Positions 30,588 to 42,567 of a stretch of 64,000 bases of DNA are shown here, piece after piece; within the stretch, counting starts at the first letter, position 1; every line of letters begins with the position of its first letter. Source of the DNA: an uncultured delta proteobacterium (GTDB taxonomy: Bacteria; Myxococcota_A; Polyangia; Polyangiales; Polyangiaceae); contig CAVQUB010000002.1 of NCBI GenBank assembly GCA_963716725.1, forward strand, positions 192,001 to 256,000, in the 5' to 3' direction. The position numbers and the translations under genes are program-made. The notes under the pieces are model-generated. The model made no database searches, had not been told where the DNA came from, and saw only the letters and a program-made list of their open reading frames with translations.

Positions 30588-31967
30588 ATGAGCCGCGCCG
30601 ACGACGAACACGACGACGAGCAGCGCTGCGGCAGCGTCGTCGAGGACAAGTACCGCGTCGACCGCCTGATCGGGCGCGGAGGCATGGGCGCGGTCTACGA
30701 GGCGACCAACGTCGCCATCGGCAAGCGCGTCGCCCTGAAGTTCCTCGATCGCGGCGCCGCCAAGGACGCGGACGCGGTCACTCGCTTCCAGCGCGAAGCG
30801 GAGGCGGCGGGCGTGGTCGAGAGCGCCCACATCGTTCACATCTTCGACTCGGGCACCGCAGAAGACGGCAGTCCGTTCTTGGTGATGGAGCTGCTCAGCG
30901 GCGAAGATCTCCGTGCGCGTCTGAAGCGCGAGACGCGCATGGCCGTCGCCGACTCGATCCACGTCGTGGGTCAGGTGTTGCGGGCGCTGGCCCGGGCCCA
31001 CGCCGCCGGGATCGTCCACCGCGATCTCAAACCGGACAACGTCTTCCTCTGCCGCCACGACGACGACGCGATGTTCGTCAAGATCGTGGACTTCGGCATC
31101 TCGAAGATCACGCGACGCAACGCCACAGCCGACACCTTCACGCGACGCGGCGTAGTGCTGGGCACGGCTTTCTACATGTCACCGGAGCAGGCCCAGGCCT
31201 TCCGCGACATCGACGGGCGCTCCGATCTGTTCAGCGTCGGGGCGATCTTGTTCGAAATGCTCAGCGGTCGTCCGCCCCACAACGGTACGGTCTACGAAGC
31301 CGTACTCATCGATATCTGCACCAAGGACGCGCCCGACATTCGCAGCCTCGTCCCCGAAATCCCCGAGGGCTTGGCCGCGGTCATCGCGCGAGCGCTGGAG
31401 CGTGAGCGCGGCGCGCGGTATCAGGACGCCAACGACTTCTACGACGCCCTCTCCCTGGCCGCTCCCGGACTCCTGCGCACCGGGGGGCTGGGTGCGCCCC
31501 GCGCGCGCCTGTCGAGCGGCTCCGACTCGAGCGCTGCGGGCTCGCGGGTGATCACCGCCGAGGGCACCGCAGTTCATCCCAGCGCTCCGGCGGAAGGCCG
31601 AGCTCAGACCCGGCGCACGCTGGTGGCCGTGGTGGTGGCGGCCCTGGCCGCCTTCGCGCTGACGGCGCTGCTCATGACACGACCCGCCGGGTCGACGGAC
31701 GGCGACGCCGCAGCGACCAGCATCCGGGCGGCGCCGGCGGTTTCTTCGCTGCCCTCCCCGACCCCACCTCTCGCGGAGCCGCCGGCTCCCTCCGCGTCGG
31801 CACCGACCCTCGCAGACGCAGGCGGGAACGTGCCCAAACCCCTCCGCCCGGTCAGTCCGGGAACGAAGCCCACCGCGTCCGCCCCGACCGCCGGGAGCGC
31901 GCCACCGGTCAAACCCGGGCCCGCAGGCGTCGCGACGGGGCTCACCTTGGACACCAAGGGGCCGTGA
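30588..31967 (+). CDS. Membrane-anchored Ser/Thr protein kinase
   Basis: GRGGMGAVY, VALK, HRDLKPDN, DFG, GTAFYMSPEQ, then a TM segment and Pro-rich tail. Confidence 0.95.
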   Translation: MSRADDEHDDEQRCGSVVEDKYRVDRLIGRGGMGAVYEATNVAIGKRVALKFLDRGAAKDADAVTRFQREAEAAGVVESAHIVHIFDSGTAEDGSPFLVMELLSGEDLRARLKRETRMAVADSIHVVGQVLRALARAHAAGIVHRDLKPDNVFLCRHDDDAMFVKIVDFGISKITRRNATADTFTRRGVVLGTAFYMSPEQAQAFRDIDGRSDLFSVGAILFEMLSGRPPHNGTVYEAVLIDICTKDAPDIRSLVPEIPEGLAAVIARALERERGARYQDANDFYDALSLAAPGLLRTGGLGAPRARLSSGSDSSAAGSRVITAEGTAVHPSAPAEGRAQTRRTLVAVVVAALAAFALTALLMTRPAGSTDGDAAATSIRAAPAVSSLPSPTPPLAEPPAPSASAPTLADAGGNVPKPLRPVSPGTKPTASAPTAGSAPPVKPGPAGVATGLTLDTKGP

Positions 31968-32017
31968 CGGGCACATAGCGCGTGACCCCGCCGGAGTGAT
32001 CGGGCAAAAACTGGCGA

Positions 32018-33484
32018 GTGGCCGCGCGAGTTCCGACCTTGATCGTTTGCTGCGCAGCGCTCGCGTCGACGGTCGCGACGCGCCTGGCGATCGCGCAACC
32101 CGAGCCACCCCCGGCCGGAGAGGACGCCCGCACCGTCCGGGCGCGCGCGCACTTCCAGAATGGCGTGAAGCTCTTCAACTCGAAGAACTGGCAGGGCGCA
32201 TTGGCGGAGTTCGACGCGGCCTACAAGCTGAAGCCCGGTCAAAGCTCCCTGAAGAACATCGCGCTGTGTCAGAAAGAGCTGTTCCGCTACACCGACGCCA
32301 TCGACACGCTGAACAAGGCCCTCGACCGCCACGGGGCGGAGATGGGCGAGGCTGAGAAGCAGTCCGTGCGCGACGCGGTCGCGGAGCTCGGCGCGCTGGT
32401 CGGCAGCATCGTCGTGCGGGTCACGCCGGCCGACGCTCGCGTGACGCTCGACGGCCGCCGCCTCGAGCCGAAGGATCTGGGCACCAGCGTCCGGCTCAAC
32501 ACGGGAGAACACGTGCTGGTCGCGGAGGCTCCAGGCCACTCGCGCATGGCTCGAACCATTCGGGTCGCCGGGGGACAGAAGGACGTAGCACTGGATTTCG
32601 CGCTGGTGGCCAACGCGGGCTTCGTCTCCGTCAAGAGCACGGATCCAAAGGCCGCCATCGCCATCGACGGGACGGCGAGGGCGTTCTCGGCGTGGCGCGG
32701 GCCCCTGGAACCGGGGCGACACTACGTCCAGGTCTACCGCGACGGTTACAAGCAATTCGAGCAGTACTTCGTGGTCGAAGTGGGCAAGACCATCGACGTC
32801 GACGCAGTGCTGATCCGCGAGGAGGGCCCGCCCGCCATCAAGCCCGCGGAGCAGCGCGGCTGGTACGGCCTGGCTGTCCTCAGCGCCATCGGTCTGCGCA
32901 ACGCTCCGGGTGGGCTCGAGATCGACAAAAGCGACATCACCGGCAGTTCCATCGGGGTGCGAGCGGGCTACCGACTCTGGACGCCCATCGGCGTCGAGCT
33001 GTTGATCGAGGGCGGCAAGCACCAGGTCGACAAGGCCTGCGACGCCACCGTCAGCGGCCGCAAGTGCGGCACGGCCACCGCCTTCGAGCGATCCTTCACG
33101 CTCGATTCGCTGCGCTTCGGTCCGAACCTGCGCATCATGAGCGCGGGCCAGTCCCTGCGCTTCAGCTCCGTCATCGGCGCCGGCGCGGTGCGCCACGAGA
33201 TCGATCTCGACCCGGCCGACCCGACCGAGGCGGGGGCAAGCGAGGCCATTCCGGGCGGCAACGCCAAGGGTTGGGACCCGTACTTCTTGGTCGAGGTCGG
33301 CGCGCAGTACAACATCAGCCACGTCGTGCTCGAGCTGTGCGGGCTCGTATTCATCGACGGCGCCAGCAACGCCAAGGGAAACGGCGACGACGGACGCAGC
33401 TGGACTCCCTTCGAAGACTCCGGCGGCCTGGTCATGGGCGGGCTCGGGCTGCGTGTGGGCTGGACCGAGTGGAAGCCGCGCTGA
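32018..33484 (+). CDS. TPR + PEGA domain secreted protein with barrel-like C-terminus
   Basis: Signal peptide, ARAHFQNGVKLF...AL.EF..AY TPR, VTPADARVTLDG and GRHYVQVYRDGY PEGA repeats. Confidence 0.8.
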   Translation: MAARVPTLIVCCAALASTVATRLAIAQPEPPPAGEDARTVRARAHFQNGVKLFNSKNWQGALAEFDAAYKLKPGQSSLKNIALCQKELFRYTDAIDTLNKALDRHGAEMGEAEKQSVRDAVAELGALVGSIVVRVTPADARVTLDGRRLEPKDLGTSVRLNTGEHVLVAEAPGHSRMARTIRVAGGQKDVALDFALVANAGFVSVKSTDPKAAIAIDGTARAFSAWRGPLEPGRHYVQVYRDGYKQFEQYFVVEVGKTIDVDAVLIREEGPPAIKPAEQRGWYGLAVLSAIGLRNAPGGLEIDKSDITGSSIGVRAGYRLWTPIGVELLIEGGKHQVDKACDATVSGRKCGTATAFERSFTLDSLRFGPNLRIMSAGQSLRFSSVIGAGAVRHEIDLDPADPTEAGASEAIPGGNAKGWDPYFLVEVGAQYNISHVVLELCGLVFIDGASNAKGNGDDGRSWTPFEDSGGLVMGGLGLRVGWTEWKPR

Positions 33485-33511
33485 CGCGCGCCAATACAGT
33501 GGGGATGATCG

Positions 33512-35473
<1,962 letters not shown>

Positions 35474-35483
35474 GCGCAGCGGA

Positions 35484-36773
35484 TCAGCCGAGCAGATCGA
35501 GCAGGACGCGGTAGCCCTGCCGGAAGTGCTCGAGCTCCGCCTGCTCGTTCGGCGCATGATAAGACGCGGCGCGTCCAAAGCCCGTGATCTGAACGTCGAA
35601 GCCCCGGCGCTGGAGATCGCGAACCAGGGGCAGCGATCCGGTCATGCTGTAGGCCTTCGGCTCGGTGCCAGGTCGCGCGTCGGCGATGGCCTGAGTCAGC
35701 GCAGCGAGCCCGGGCGAGTCGAGCCGGCACGCGACGCCTTCGATGCCGTTGCCGAGGGGCGTCAGCTTCACCCGGCCGCGCTCGCCGCCTGCGGTCCGAG
35801 TGCGCGGGAAGGCCGGCGGCGGATCGCCGAGCTCGATGCGGCGATCGAGCTCCGCCACGAACGCCACCGCCCCTCCGATGGCGTCGGACATCTCGTAGAA
35901 GGGCGTGAGTCGGAGGTCGCCTTCGACCACGGCGGACGCTGGGATCTTCGAGATCTTGTCGTTGGGCACGGTCATGCGGGTGGCCTTGAGGGAGGACGCC
36001 GACAGAAATCCCCAACGCGCCTCGGCCGGGTGGGCGGGGAAACGCTTCTCGAACCACTCGACCAGAGCCCGGGAGGTCGCGTTGGCCAGCTCCAGGGCGT
36101 TGACGCAGTTCTGCGCGAACCCGGAGTGGCCACCGACTCCGATCGCTTCGAGCCGCCACGCGGCCATGCCTCCCGTGCCGACGGTCGGACCGAACTCGGC
36201 GCTGTCGAGCCAGTAGATGGTGCCCGCCGAGAGATCGTCGAGGGCGCCGACGCTCGCCGCGTAGTCGAGGCCGATCTCCGGGAGGGGAGCCTCCTCCTCG
36301 TTCGAGATGAAGACGACCTTCAGGGTGCGACGCGGCGTGATGCCACGCTCGCAGAGCTCGACGACGAGGTCGGTCACCAGCGCCACGTGGCCCAGGCAGT
36401 CGGTGACCCCGCGCCCGTAGAGCGTTCCGGCTTCGACCTCGAGCTTCCAAGGATTTCGCGTCCAGCCCTCGCCCGGCCCATCCGCGGGCACCACGTCGAA
36501 GTGCGCCCCCACGAACCCGACGATGCCCGGGCCCCCGCCCTTCAACGTCAGCACCAAGTTCGGCCGAGTCTCGTGGCCCGGCGCCGCAAGCAACTCCGCC
36601 TTCACACGCCCCGACGCGACGTGGGGAGCCAGGCGTGCGAGCACCCGATCGGCAGCGAGCTTCTCCACGGGCACGAGCCCCTGAGCGGGCGAGTTGGCGA
36701 GCTGGGGACCGAGCGCCACGAGCTCCGCCAGGAGACCCAAGAAGCGCTCTTCGTTCAGGGATGGCTTTTCCAC
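35484..36773 (-). CDS. M20 family metallopeptidase / acetylornithine deacetylase-like
   Basis: AHFDVVPA, LYGRGVTDCLGH, SNEE, GGHSG, YHAPNE. GTG 36773 preferred over ATG 36857. Confidence 0.85.
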   Translation of the reverse strand: MEKPSLNEERFLGLLAELVALGPQLANSPAQGLVPVEKLAADRVLARLAPHVASGRVKAELLAAPGHETRPNLVLTLKGGGPGIVGFVGAHFDVVPADGPGEGWTRNPWKLEVEAGTLYGRGVTDCLGHVALVTDLVVELCERGITPRRTLKVVFISNEEEAPLPEIGLDYAASVGALDDLSAGTIYWLDSAEFGPTVGTGGMAAWRLEAIGVGGHSGFAQNCVNALELANATSRALVEWFEKRFPAHPAEARWGFLSASSLKATRMTVPNDKISKIPASAVVEGDLRLTPFYEMSDAIGGAVAFVAELDRRIELGDPPPAFPRTRTAGGERGRVKLTPLGNGIEGVACRLDSPGLAALTQAIADARPGTEPKAYSMTGSLPLVRDLQRRGFDVQITGFGRAASYHAPNEQAELEHFRQGYRVLLDLLG

Positions 36774-36859
36774 GGCCGGGTCGTTAGCACGGGCCTGGGC
36801 GAGCACCCGACAAATCCCCGGCGTGCTCGCAAAAGCACCCTGGTCTATGCTGCTCACCC

Positions 36860-37624
36860 ATGCGCCCCGTGATCATCGGAGCCGGACGCGGCAGCCGCCT
36901 CGGTCCCGAGACGGACCACATGCCCAAGACCCTCGTTTCCGTCATGGGGCGGCCAATGCTCGACTGGATCCTCGACTCCCTCGCCGAGGCCGGCTTCGCC
37001 CGGCGCGACGTGGTGTTCGTGTGCGGCTACGCCGAAGACGTGGTCCGCGCTCGCTACCCCGAGCTGACCTTCGTGCGCAACGCCGGCTGGGAGAGCAACA
37101 ACATCCTGCTCTCGCTGCTCTCTGCCCGAGAGCACCTCGCCGGCGGCTTCGTCTCGACCTACGCCGACATCGTGTACGAGGGCGCGGTGGTGCAGAAGCT
37201 CGTCGCGGCCCCCGAGCACATCGTGCTCGGCTGCGACACCGAGTGGCGGCGACGCTACGTTGGGCGCTCACAGCACCCCGAGACCGATGCCGAGAAGCTC
37301 ACAGCCGACGGACGCCGCATCCAGCGGATCAGCCGCCACATCCCGAGCGACGAGGCAAGCGGCGAGTTCATCGGCGTGATGAAGCTCGACGGCGCGGGCG
37401 CTGCGGAGCTCTGCGCCGCCTTCGATCGGGCCGAGGCCAAGCACGCCGGCAAGGTCTTCCGCGAAGGGCGCAGCTTCGAGAAGGCGTACCTCATCGATCT
37501 GTTGCAGCAGATGCTGGAAACAGGCAGCGAAATGCACCGCGAAGACACCCGCGGCGGCTACATGGAGATCGACACCCGCGAGGATCTGGCGCTCGCCGCC
37601 GGGTGGTGGGAAAGCCGCCCTTGA
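36860..37624 (+). CDS. NTP transferase, phosphocholine cytidylyltransferase (LicC)-like
   Basis: IIGAGRGSRL...PKTL, NNILLSL, YADIVY, GEFIGV, MEIDT.EDL. Confidence 0.75.
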   Translation: MRPVIIGAGRGSRLGPETDHMPKTLVSVMGRPMLDWILDSLAEAGFARRDVVFVCGYAEDVVRARYPELTFVRNAGWESNNILLSLLSAREHLAGGFVSTYADIVYEGAVVQKLVAAPEHIVLGCDTEWRRRYVGRSQHPETDAEKLTADGRRIQRISRHIPSDEASGEFIGVMKLDGAGAAELCAAFDRAEAKHAGKVFREGRSFEKAYLIDLLQQMLETGSEMHREDTRGGYMEIDTREDLALAAGWWESRP

Positions 37625-38394
37625 GCCCGGAGCACGTCTCCGCAGACGAGCTGGTGGTGCGCCTCGAGCGGCTGCGCCGTGGGCGCAACCTGTCCGCCGT
37701 CGCCTTCGACGCCGACGGCACGCTCTGGAACGGTGACGTCGCCGAGGATGTCTTCCACTGGGCGCTCGAGCGAGAGTTGTTGTCGAGCGTGCCCGCTCGC
37801 CCACTCGCCGAGGTCGCCCGCGCTCACGGCATCGATCACGAGGGCAGCTCCAACGAGCTCGCCGCGGCGATCTTCGAGGCCTACATCAGCGATTCGTTTC
37901 CCGAACGCACGGTGTGCGAGATCATGGCCTGGTGCTTCGCCGGCCACACTGCCGACGAGCTTCGGCGTATCGCGCGCCAGGCTCTGGACGACGCGGGACT
38001 CGCCGAGCGAGTCAACCGAACGCTCACGCCGGTTTTCGAGTGGGCCGCGCGTGAGAAGGTGCGCGTGGTCATCGTCACCGCATCCCCGCGCTTCATCGTC
38101 GAAGAGGCCGCGGGTCATTGGAAGATCGCGCCACACGACATCGCTGCGACGACCGCTGCCTCGGACTGTGGCCGCATGCTGCCGCGCTTGGTCGCGCCGG
38201 TCCCCTACGGTCCGACCAAGGTCGTGTTCGCGCGCCAGCTCTTCGGTGACGCCGCCTGGCTGGCCAGCTTCGGAGACAGCCCCTTCGATCTCGAGATGAT
38301 GGGCGCCGCCGAGCTCGGGGTGGCGGTGCGACCCAAGCCCGCGCTGCTCGAGGCCCTGCCGGCCCTGCGCCGGGCCGTGATTCTCGAGGGCTGA
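37621..38394 (+). CDS. HAD-superfamily hydrolase (SerB-like)
   Basis: AFDADGTLW, IVTAS, FGDSPFDLEMM. TTGA overlap with the upstream gene. Confidence 0.85.
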   Translation: MSPEHVSADELVVRLERLRRGRNLSAVAFDADGTLWNGDVAEDVFHWALERELLSSVPARPLAEVARAHGIDHEGSSNELAAAIFEAYISDSFPERTVCEIMAWCFAGHTADELRRIARQALDDAGLAERVNRTLTPVFEWAAREKVRVVIVTASPRFIVEEAAGHWKIAPHDIAATTAASDCGRMLPRLVAPVPYGPTKVVFARQLFGDAAWLASFGDSPFDLEMMGAAELGVAVRPKPALLEALPALRRAVILEG

Positions 38395-38465
38395 GCTCCG
38401 GACAATCCCCGGTGATTCTGCCGGCGTGGGGCGATCTGGGCGCGCACGCCCACACCGAAAGGTGA

Positions 38466-38497
38466 TTGACTTTGCGCACTTGCGTGCCATACACGCA
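38466..38497 (+). promoter_or_regulatory. Putative promoter with overlapping operator palindrome
   Basis: TTGACT at 38466; TGCGTG-CCATA-CACGCA (38481-38497) covers the expected -10 position. Confidence 0.4.
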
Positions 38498-38505
38498 TAT
38501 ACCCG

Positions 38506-39477
38506 ATGCGTGTTTACATGCTCCTGCTGGCGTTGGTCACCCTGGTGGCCTGTGACGCGCCGCCGGAGGAGGGCTCGCGCCTCCGCATCGCGTACATGGC
38601 GCGGCTCACGCACGCGCCCGCACTGACCGGGATCGACAGCGGGCGCCTCCCGAGCGCGCTGCCCGACCTGCGGATCGAAGGACGCTCCTTCGAGTTCGGC
38701 AACGCGGTCGTCGAGGCCATGTTCGCCGGCGAGATCGACGTCGCGCTGCTGGGGCCGAACCCAGCCATCAACGGCTTCGTGCGCTCGGCCGGCGAGGTGC
38801 GAATCGTGTCGGGGATCGCCAGCGGCGGCAGTGCGCTCGTCGTCCGGCAGGGCGCGGGCATCTCGAGCGCCGCGGACTTGCGCGGCCGAAGCCTCGCGAC
38901 CCCTCAGGTGGCGAGCACACAGGACATCGCGCTGCGCGCGTATCTTCGCAAGCACGGACTCGATCCGTCCCTCGAAGGCGGCAACGTGAGGATCTTGCCC
39001 CTGAGCCCGGCGGAGATCCGCGTGCTCTTCGCTCGCGGTGATCTCGACGGGGCCTTCGTCTCCGAGCCGCTCGCCACCGAGCTTGTCATGAACTCGGGGG
39101 CAACGCTGCTCCTGGACGAGCGGGACGAGTGGCCGGGGCGCCGTCATCCAGCGACGGTGTTGGCGGTTCGCAAGCGCTACTACGACGCGCATCCCGAGAA
39201 CGTACGCCGTCTCGTGTCCGCTCTCGCCGCAGAGATCGACTGGATCGAGTCGCACCGAGCTGAAGCCCTTGTCGCGTGCCAGCGGGGCATCGGACAGCGA
39301 CTCGGCCGGGAGCTGCCGGGCGCCGTGGCGACTCGGGCCTTCGATCGCGTCTCGTTCACCGTCGATCCCATGCCCGACGCGCTGGACCGTCTCGCGCACG
39401 ACGCCGAGCGAGCTGGGTTTCTGCCCCCAAACTCGAGCCTGGCGGGCTTGGTGCTGGGACCGGAGGCGAGGGAGTGA
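38506..39477 (+). CDS. SsuA/TauA-like ABC substrate-binding lipoprotein
   Basis: Lipobox LVAC, THAPAL, AGEIDVALLGPNPAING, STQDIALR, EPLAT. Confidence 0.85.
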   Translation: MRVYMLLLALVTLVACDAPPEEGSRLRIAYMARLTHAPALTGIDSGRLPSALPDLRIEGRSFEFGNAVVEAMFAGEIDVALLGPNPAINGFVRSAGEVRIVSGIASGGSALVVRQGAGISSAADLRGRSLATPQVASTQDIALRAYLRKHGLDPSLEGGNVRILPLSPAEIRVLFARGDLDGAFVSEPLATELVMNSGATLLLDERDEWPGRRHPATVLAVRKRYYDAHPENVRRLVSALAAEIDWIESHRAEALVACQRGIGQRLGRELPGAVATRAFDRVSFTVDPMPDALDRLAHDAERAGFLPPNSSLAGLVLGPEARE

Positions 39478-40226
39478 AGGCGAGCTGGCAGCACGCGAGC
39501 GCTATTGTCGGGCTCTTGATGGTCTGGCAGTTGGCGGTCTCGGTCGGCCGCTGGCCGCCCTACGTGCTGCCGGGACCGCTGACGGTGATCGGGTCCCTGG
39601 TCGACGGCGTCGTGAGCGGAGTGCTGCCCGCGGCCGTCCTGAGGAGCCTCGCTCGGCTCTCGGTGGGATACGGCCTCGCGAGCGCGGCGGGCGTCTCGTT
39701 CGGGATCGCCATGGGGCGCGTGCCGGCGCTCGATCGCGCCTTCGGCACCCTGCTCACGGGCCTACAGTCGCTGCCCAGCATCTGCTGGATGCCGCTCTCG
39801 CTGCTCTGGTTCGGGCTGAACGAGAGCGCGATCTTGTTCGTGGTCGTGATCGCCACCTTCGGCACGGTCGCGCTCGCAGTGCGAGACTCCGTCTTCAGAG
39901 TGCCACGGCTCTGGCTTCGCGCCGCGCGCAGCATGGGGGAGCGCGGCCTGGGCCTGTGGCTCCGAGTCGTATTGCCGGCGTCGTTGCCCGGCACCATCAC
40001 CGCCCTGCGACTGGGCTGGAGCTTCGCCTGGCGCGCGTTGATGGCGGGCGAACTTCTGTTCGTGGCGGGCGGGCTCGGCCAGGTCATGCACGTCGGTCGC
40101 GAGCTCAACGACATGGCCCAAGTGATGGCCGCAATGTTGGTGATCGCGTCGCTCGGTTTGGTCTTCGATCATGTGGTGCTCGGCTGGATAGAAGCGCGGA
40201 CGCGCCGACGCTGGGGCCTGGGCTGA
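39474..40226 (+). CDS. SsuC/TauC-like ABC permease
   Basis: YVLPGP, LQSLPSICWMPL, AARSMG, FAWRALMAGEL. Confidence 0.88.
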   Translation: MKASWQHASAIVGLLMVWQLAVSVGRWPPYVLPGPLTVIGSLVDGVVSGVLPAAVLRSLARLSVGYGLASAAGVSFGIAMGRVPALDRAFGTLLTGLQSLPSICWMPLSLLWFGLNESAILFVVVIATFGTVALAVRDSVFRVPRLWLRAARSMGERGLGLWLRVVLPASLPGTITALRLGWSFAWRALMAGELLFVAGGLGQVMHVGRELNDMAQVMAAMLVIASLGLVFDHVVLGWIEARTRRRWGLG

Positions 40227-40272
40227 CGCCCCTTTTCGCCCCGGCAGAAAGCTGCTCTAAGTGGCCTTCGTC

Positions 40273-40989
40273 ATGCGCATGACTCACTCCCTCTTCGTCG
40301 TGCTCGGGCTCGCGATCGCCGTCGGCGCCTGCGGCGGCACCGAACCCCCACCCAAGACGCCGCCCCGCGAGGCAGACATCGACGAGCCGCCCCCCACCTC
40401 CAATCTCGAGGTGTCGGCGGAGATCGGAGCGCTCGACGAAGGCAAGGTCGACAAGGCCTTCGGCATGAGCGTGAAGGGCCTGACTCGATGCCTGGCGGAG
40501 GGGGCCAAGCGCGTCGAGTTCTTGGGCGGGCAGGTGGCGTTCTTCGTCAAGATCGACCAGCGCGGACGCATCGCGCACGCCCACGTGGAAAAATCGACCC
40601 TCGGCGATCGCGCCACCGAGAAGTGCATGCTCGACGCCCTCGGCCAGCGCCAGTGGCCAGCGCCGGTCGGAGGTCTGGTGGGCATCGCCCGCAAGGGCTT
40701 CGACTTCGACCCGCCCAACGACGTGCGGCCCCCGATGGAGTGGGAAGGCGAGCGTGCGCAGGGCGCCCTGGACAATCGGCGTTCCGCTCTCGAGAAGTGC
40801 AAGTCGAGCAGCACCGGTAGCTTCGTCGCGACTATCTACGTGAAGACCGACGGAACGGTGATGGCTGCCGGCGTGGCGCCGCCCGACGAAGCGGGAGCGG
40901 CGGCCGTCGATTGCATGGTGAGCGTGATCAAGGGCACCAAGTTCCCCTCCCCCGGCAGCTGGCCCGCCAAGGTGAGCGTCGAGCTCTGA
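40273..40989 (+). CDS. Lipoprotein with two AgmX/PglI-C (TonB-C-like) domains
   Basis: Lipobox VGAC; two C...C domains ending in WPAP and FPSP. Confidence 0.7.
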   Translation: MRMTHSLFVVLGLAIAVGACGGTEPPPKTPPREADIDEPPPTSNLEVSAEIGALDEGKVDKAFGMSVKGLTRCLAEGAKRVEFLGGQVAFFVKIDQRGRIAHAHVEKSTLGDRATEKCMLDALGQRQWPAPVGGLVGIARKGFDFDPPNDVRPPMEWEGERAQGALDNRRSALEKCKSSSTGSFVATIYVKTDGTVMAAGVAPPDEAGAAAVDCMVSVIKGTKFPSPGSWPAKVSVEL

Positions 40990-41029
40990 GCTTGCGGATC
41001 GGGGCGGGCGGCACGACAAAGCGCCCGGC

Positions 41030-41284
41030 ATGGATCACCGCGAAGAGCGCGAGCTCACCATCACCCTGCACCTGTCCGCGAGCTTCGAGCCCGACTACCA
41101 AGGCGACGAGGACGGCTACGCTTGGTTTCAGGAGTTCCAGAGAAGCCTGCGCCCGGAGCTCGAGCGCGCGGTGTTCGGCGCGCTCCGCTCCCACTCGGGG
41201 TACTCAGCGCTGGCCGCACCCCGAGGTCGAGATCCCGAGTCGGTGCTCGAGATCGACGTCAGCTATCGGCCAGGCGCGAGCTGA
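41030..41284 (+). CDS. Small hypothetical protein
   Basis: 84-aa ORF that fills the intergenic gap, with protein-like composition (DYQGDEDGYAW). Confidence 0.6.
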   Translation: MDHREERELTITLHLSASFEPDYQGDEDGYAWFQEFQRSLRPELERAVFGALRSHSGYSALAAPRGRDPESVLEIDVSYRPGAS

Positions 41285-41292
41285 ACCCGGGC

Positions 41293-42096
41293 TCAATCGT
41301 CGGCGTCGAAGACGCTGAGCTCGACCGTGGCGGGCCCTTTGGCCGCGTCGGCGGCGGGGGCCACCTCGACGCGCGTCGCACCGAGCCCGGCCTTCACCAA
41401 CGCGTCGCTCAGCGCGCGCATGCGCTTCGTGGACTCCTCCGCGGCTCCAGCCTCGCCGGTCTCCCGGATGCTGACCCGCGCCTCTGGATGGGTCTGGGTC
41501 AATGCCGCGATGGCGGCGATGACCTTCAGGCCGGCCTCCTCCACCACCTCGCCCGCGATCGCTGAGGAGGCGACGCGCAGTACGGAACGGCCATCGAGGA
41601 CCGTGAGCTCGACCTCGCCGCCGCGGATCTGCGCGCCCAGCGCGACGGCCAGATCGCGGACGATGGCCGCGTTGTCGGCCGCGGCGTTCTCGCAGAGCGC
41701 CAGCTTCCGCGCCCGGGTCTCGGCCGCGTCGAGCGCCTGCGCGAGCCTGGACTTTTCTCCGGACAGGTCCCGCAGATGGTCGCCCGTCCGCGCCAACTCG
41801 CCGCGCAGCTGCTCGACGATCTCGGTCGCAAATCGGCGCTCGGTCCCCGCCACGTCGGCGTTCAGCTTGGCCTCGGACAGCTCGGTTTCGATGCCCACGA
41901 TCTTCTTCTCGCGCTGAGCGAGCGCCTCGTGAAGGCGATCCAGCTCCCGGCTGATCTCCCCGAGACGATCTTGCGTTCGGCGGTGCGCTTCTTGTTCCAC
42001 CAAGATGGTCGACCGCGCCTCCTCGTAGCGCGCCGCCGGGACCACGCAGCCGGAAACGCCAAGGCACACCAGAGTCAGGATCAGGCTCGTCTTCAT
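41293..42096 (-). CDS. Coiled-coil lipoprotein with degenerate OmpA/MotB-like C-terminus
   Basis: GGAG RBS, lipobox VSGC, long heptad region, EAGLKVIAAIA...RMRALSDALVKAG. Confidence 0.7.
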   Translation of the reverse strand: MKTSLILTLVCLGVSGCVVPAARYEEARSTILVEQEAHRRTQDRLGEISRELDRLHEALAQREKKIVGIETELSEAKLNADVAGTERRFATEIVEQLRGELARTGDHLRDLSGEKSRLAQALDAAETRARKLALCENAAADNAAIVRDLAVALGAQIRGGEVELTVLDGRSVLRVASSAIAGEVVEEAGLKVIAAIAALTQTHPEARVSIRETGEAGAAEESTKRMRALSDALVKAGLGATRVEVAPAADAAKGPATVELSVFDADD

Positions 42097-42106
42097 GGCT
42101 TTCTCC

Positions 42107-42439
42107 TCAGGCGACCAGCGCGCCACGCAGGGTCAGAACGTCGAGGTGCTCGGCCACGGTCAGCCGATCGGCATCGCTCATGCGGACGAAGCGATAGGCC
42201 TGCTGGCTGCCGCGTACCCAGACCGGGCGTGCCCAGGCCCGGATGGCCTGGATGCGTTCGGGCAGTCGCAGCTCCAGCTTCTGCAAGAGCGACTGTTGAG
42301 CGAGCGCGATCTCGCGCCCGCGGTCCACGATGATGCCGGTCGGCGAGATCTCGATGCCTCGGCACCGAGCAGCCACGATCCCGTCGTGGGCAATCACCCC
42401 GAAATCGGTTCGGCCTCGTAGGCCCACGCGACGTTCCAT
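42107..42439 (-). CDS. PilZ domain protein
   Basis: ERRxxxR motif followed by EISPTG, ARPVW and YRF. Confidence 0.75.
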   Translation of the reverse strand: MERRVGLRGRTDFGVIAHDGIVAARCRGIEISPTGIIVDRGREIALAQQSLLQKLELRLPERIQAIRAWARPVWVRGSQQAYRFVRMSDADRLTVAEHLDVLTLRGALVA

Positions 42440-42567
42440 GAAAATCCTCCGTCCTTGGATGAAATCGTAGGGGCCCAGCCGGGGTCGGGGCCAACTTCGC
42501 ACCTACAAACACCTACCCTGCGCGCTCATCGAAGCGCTTCGATAAACCGCCAACTTGGCCCCCAGCA

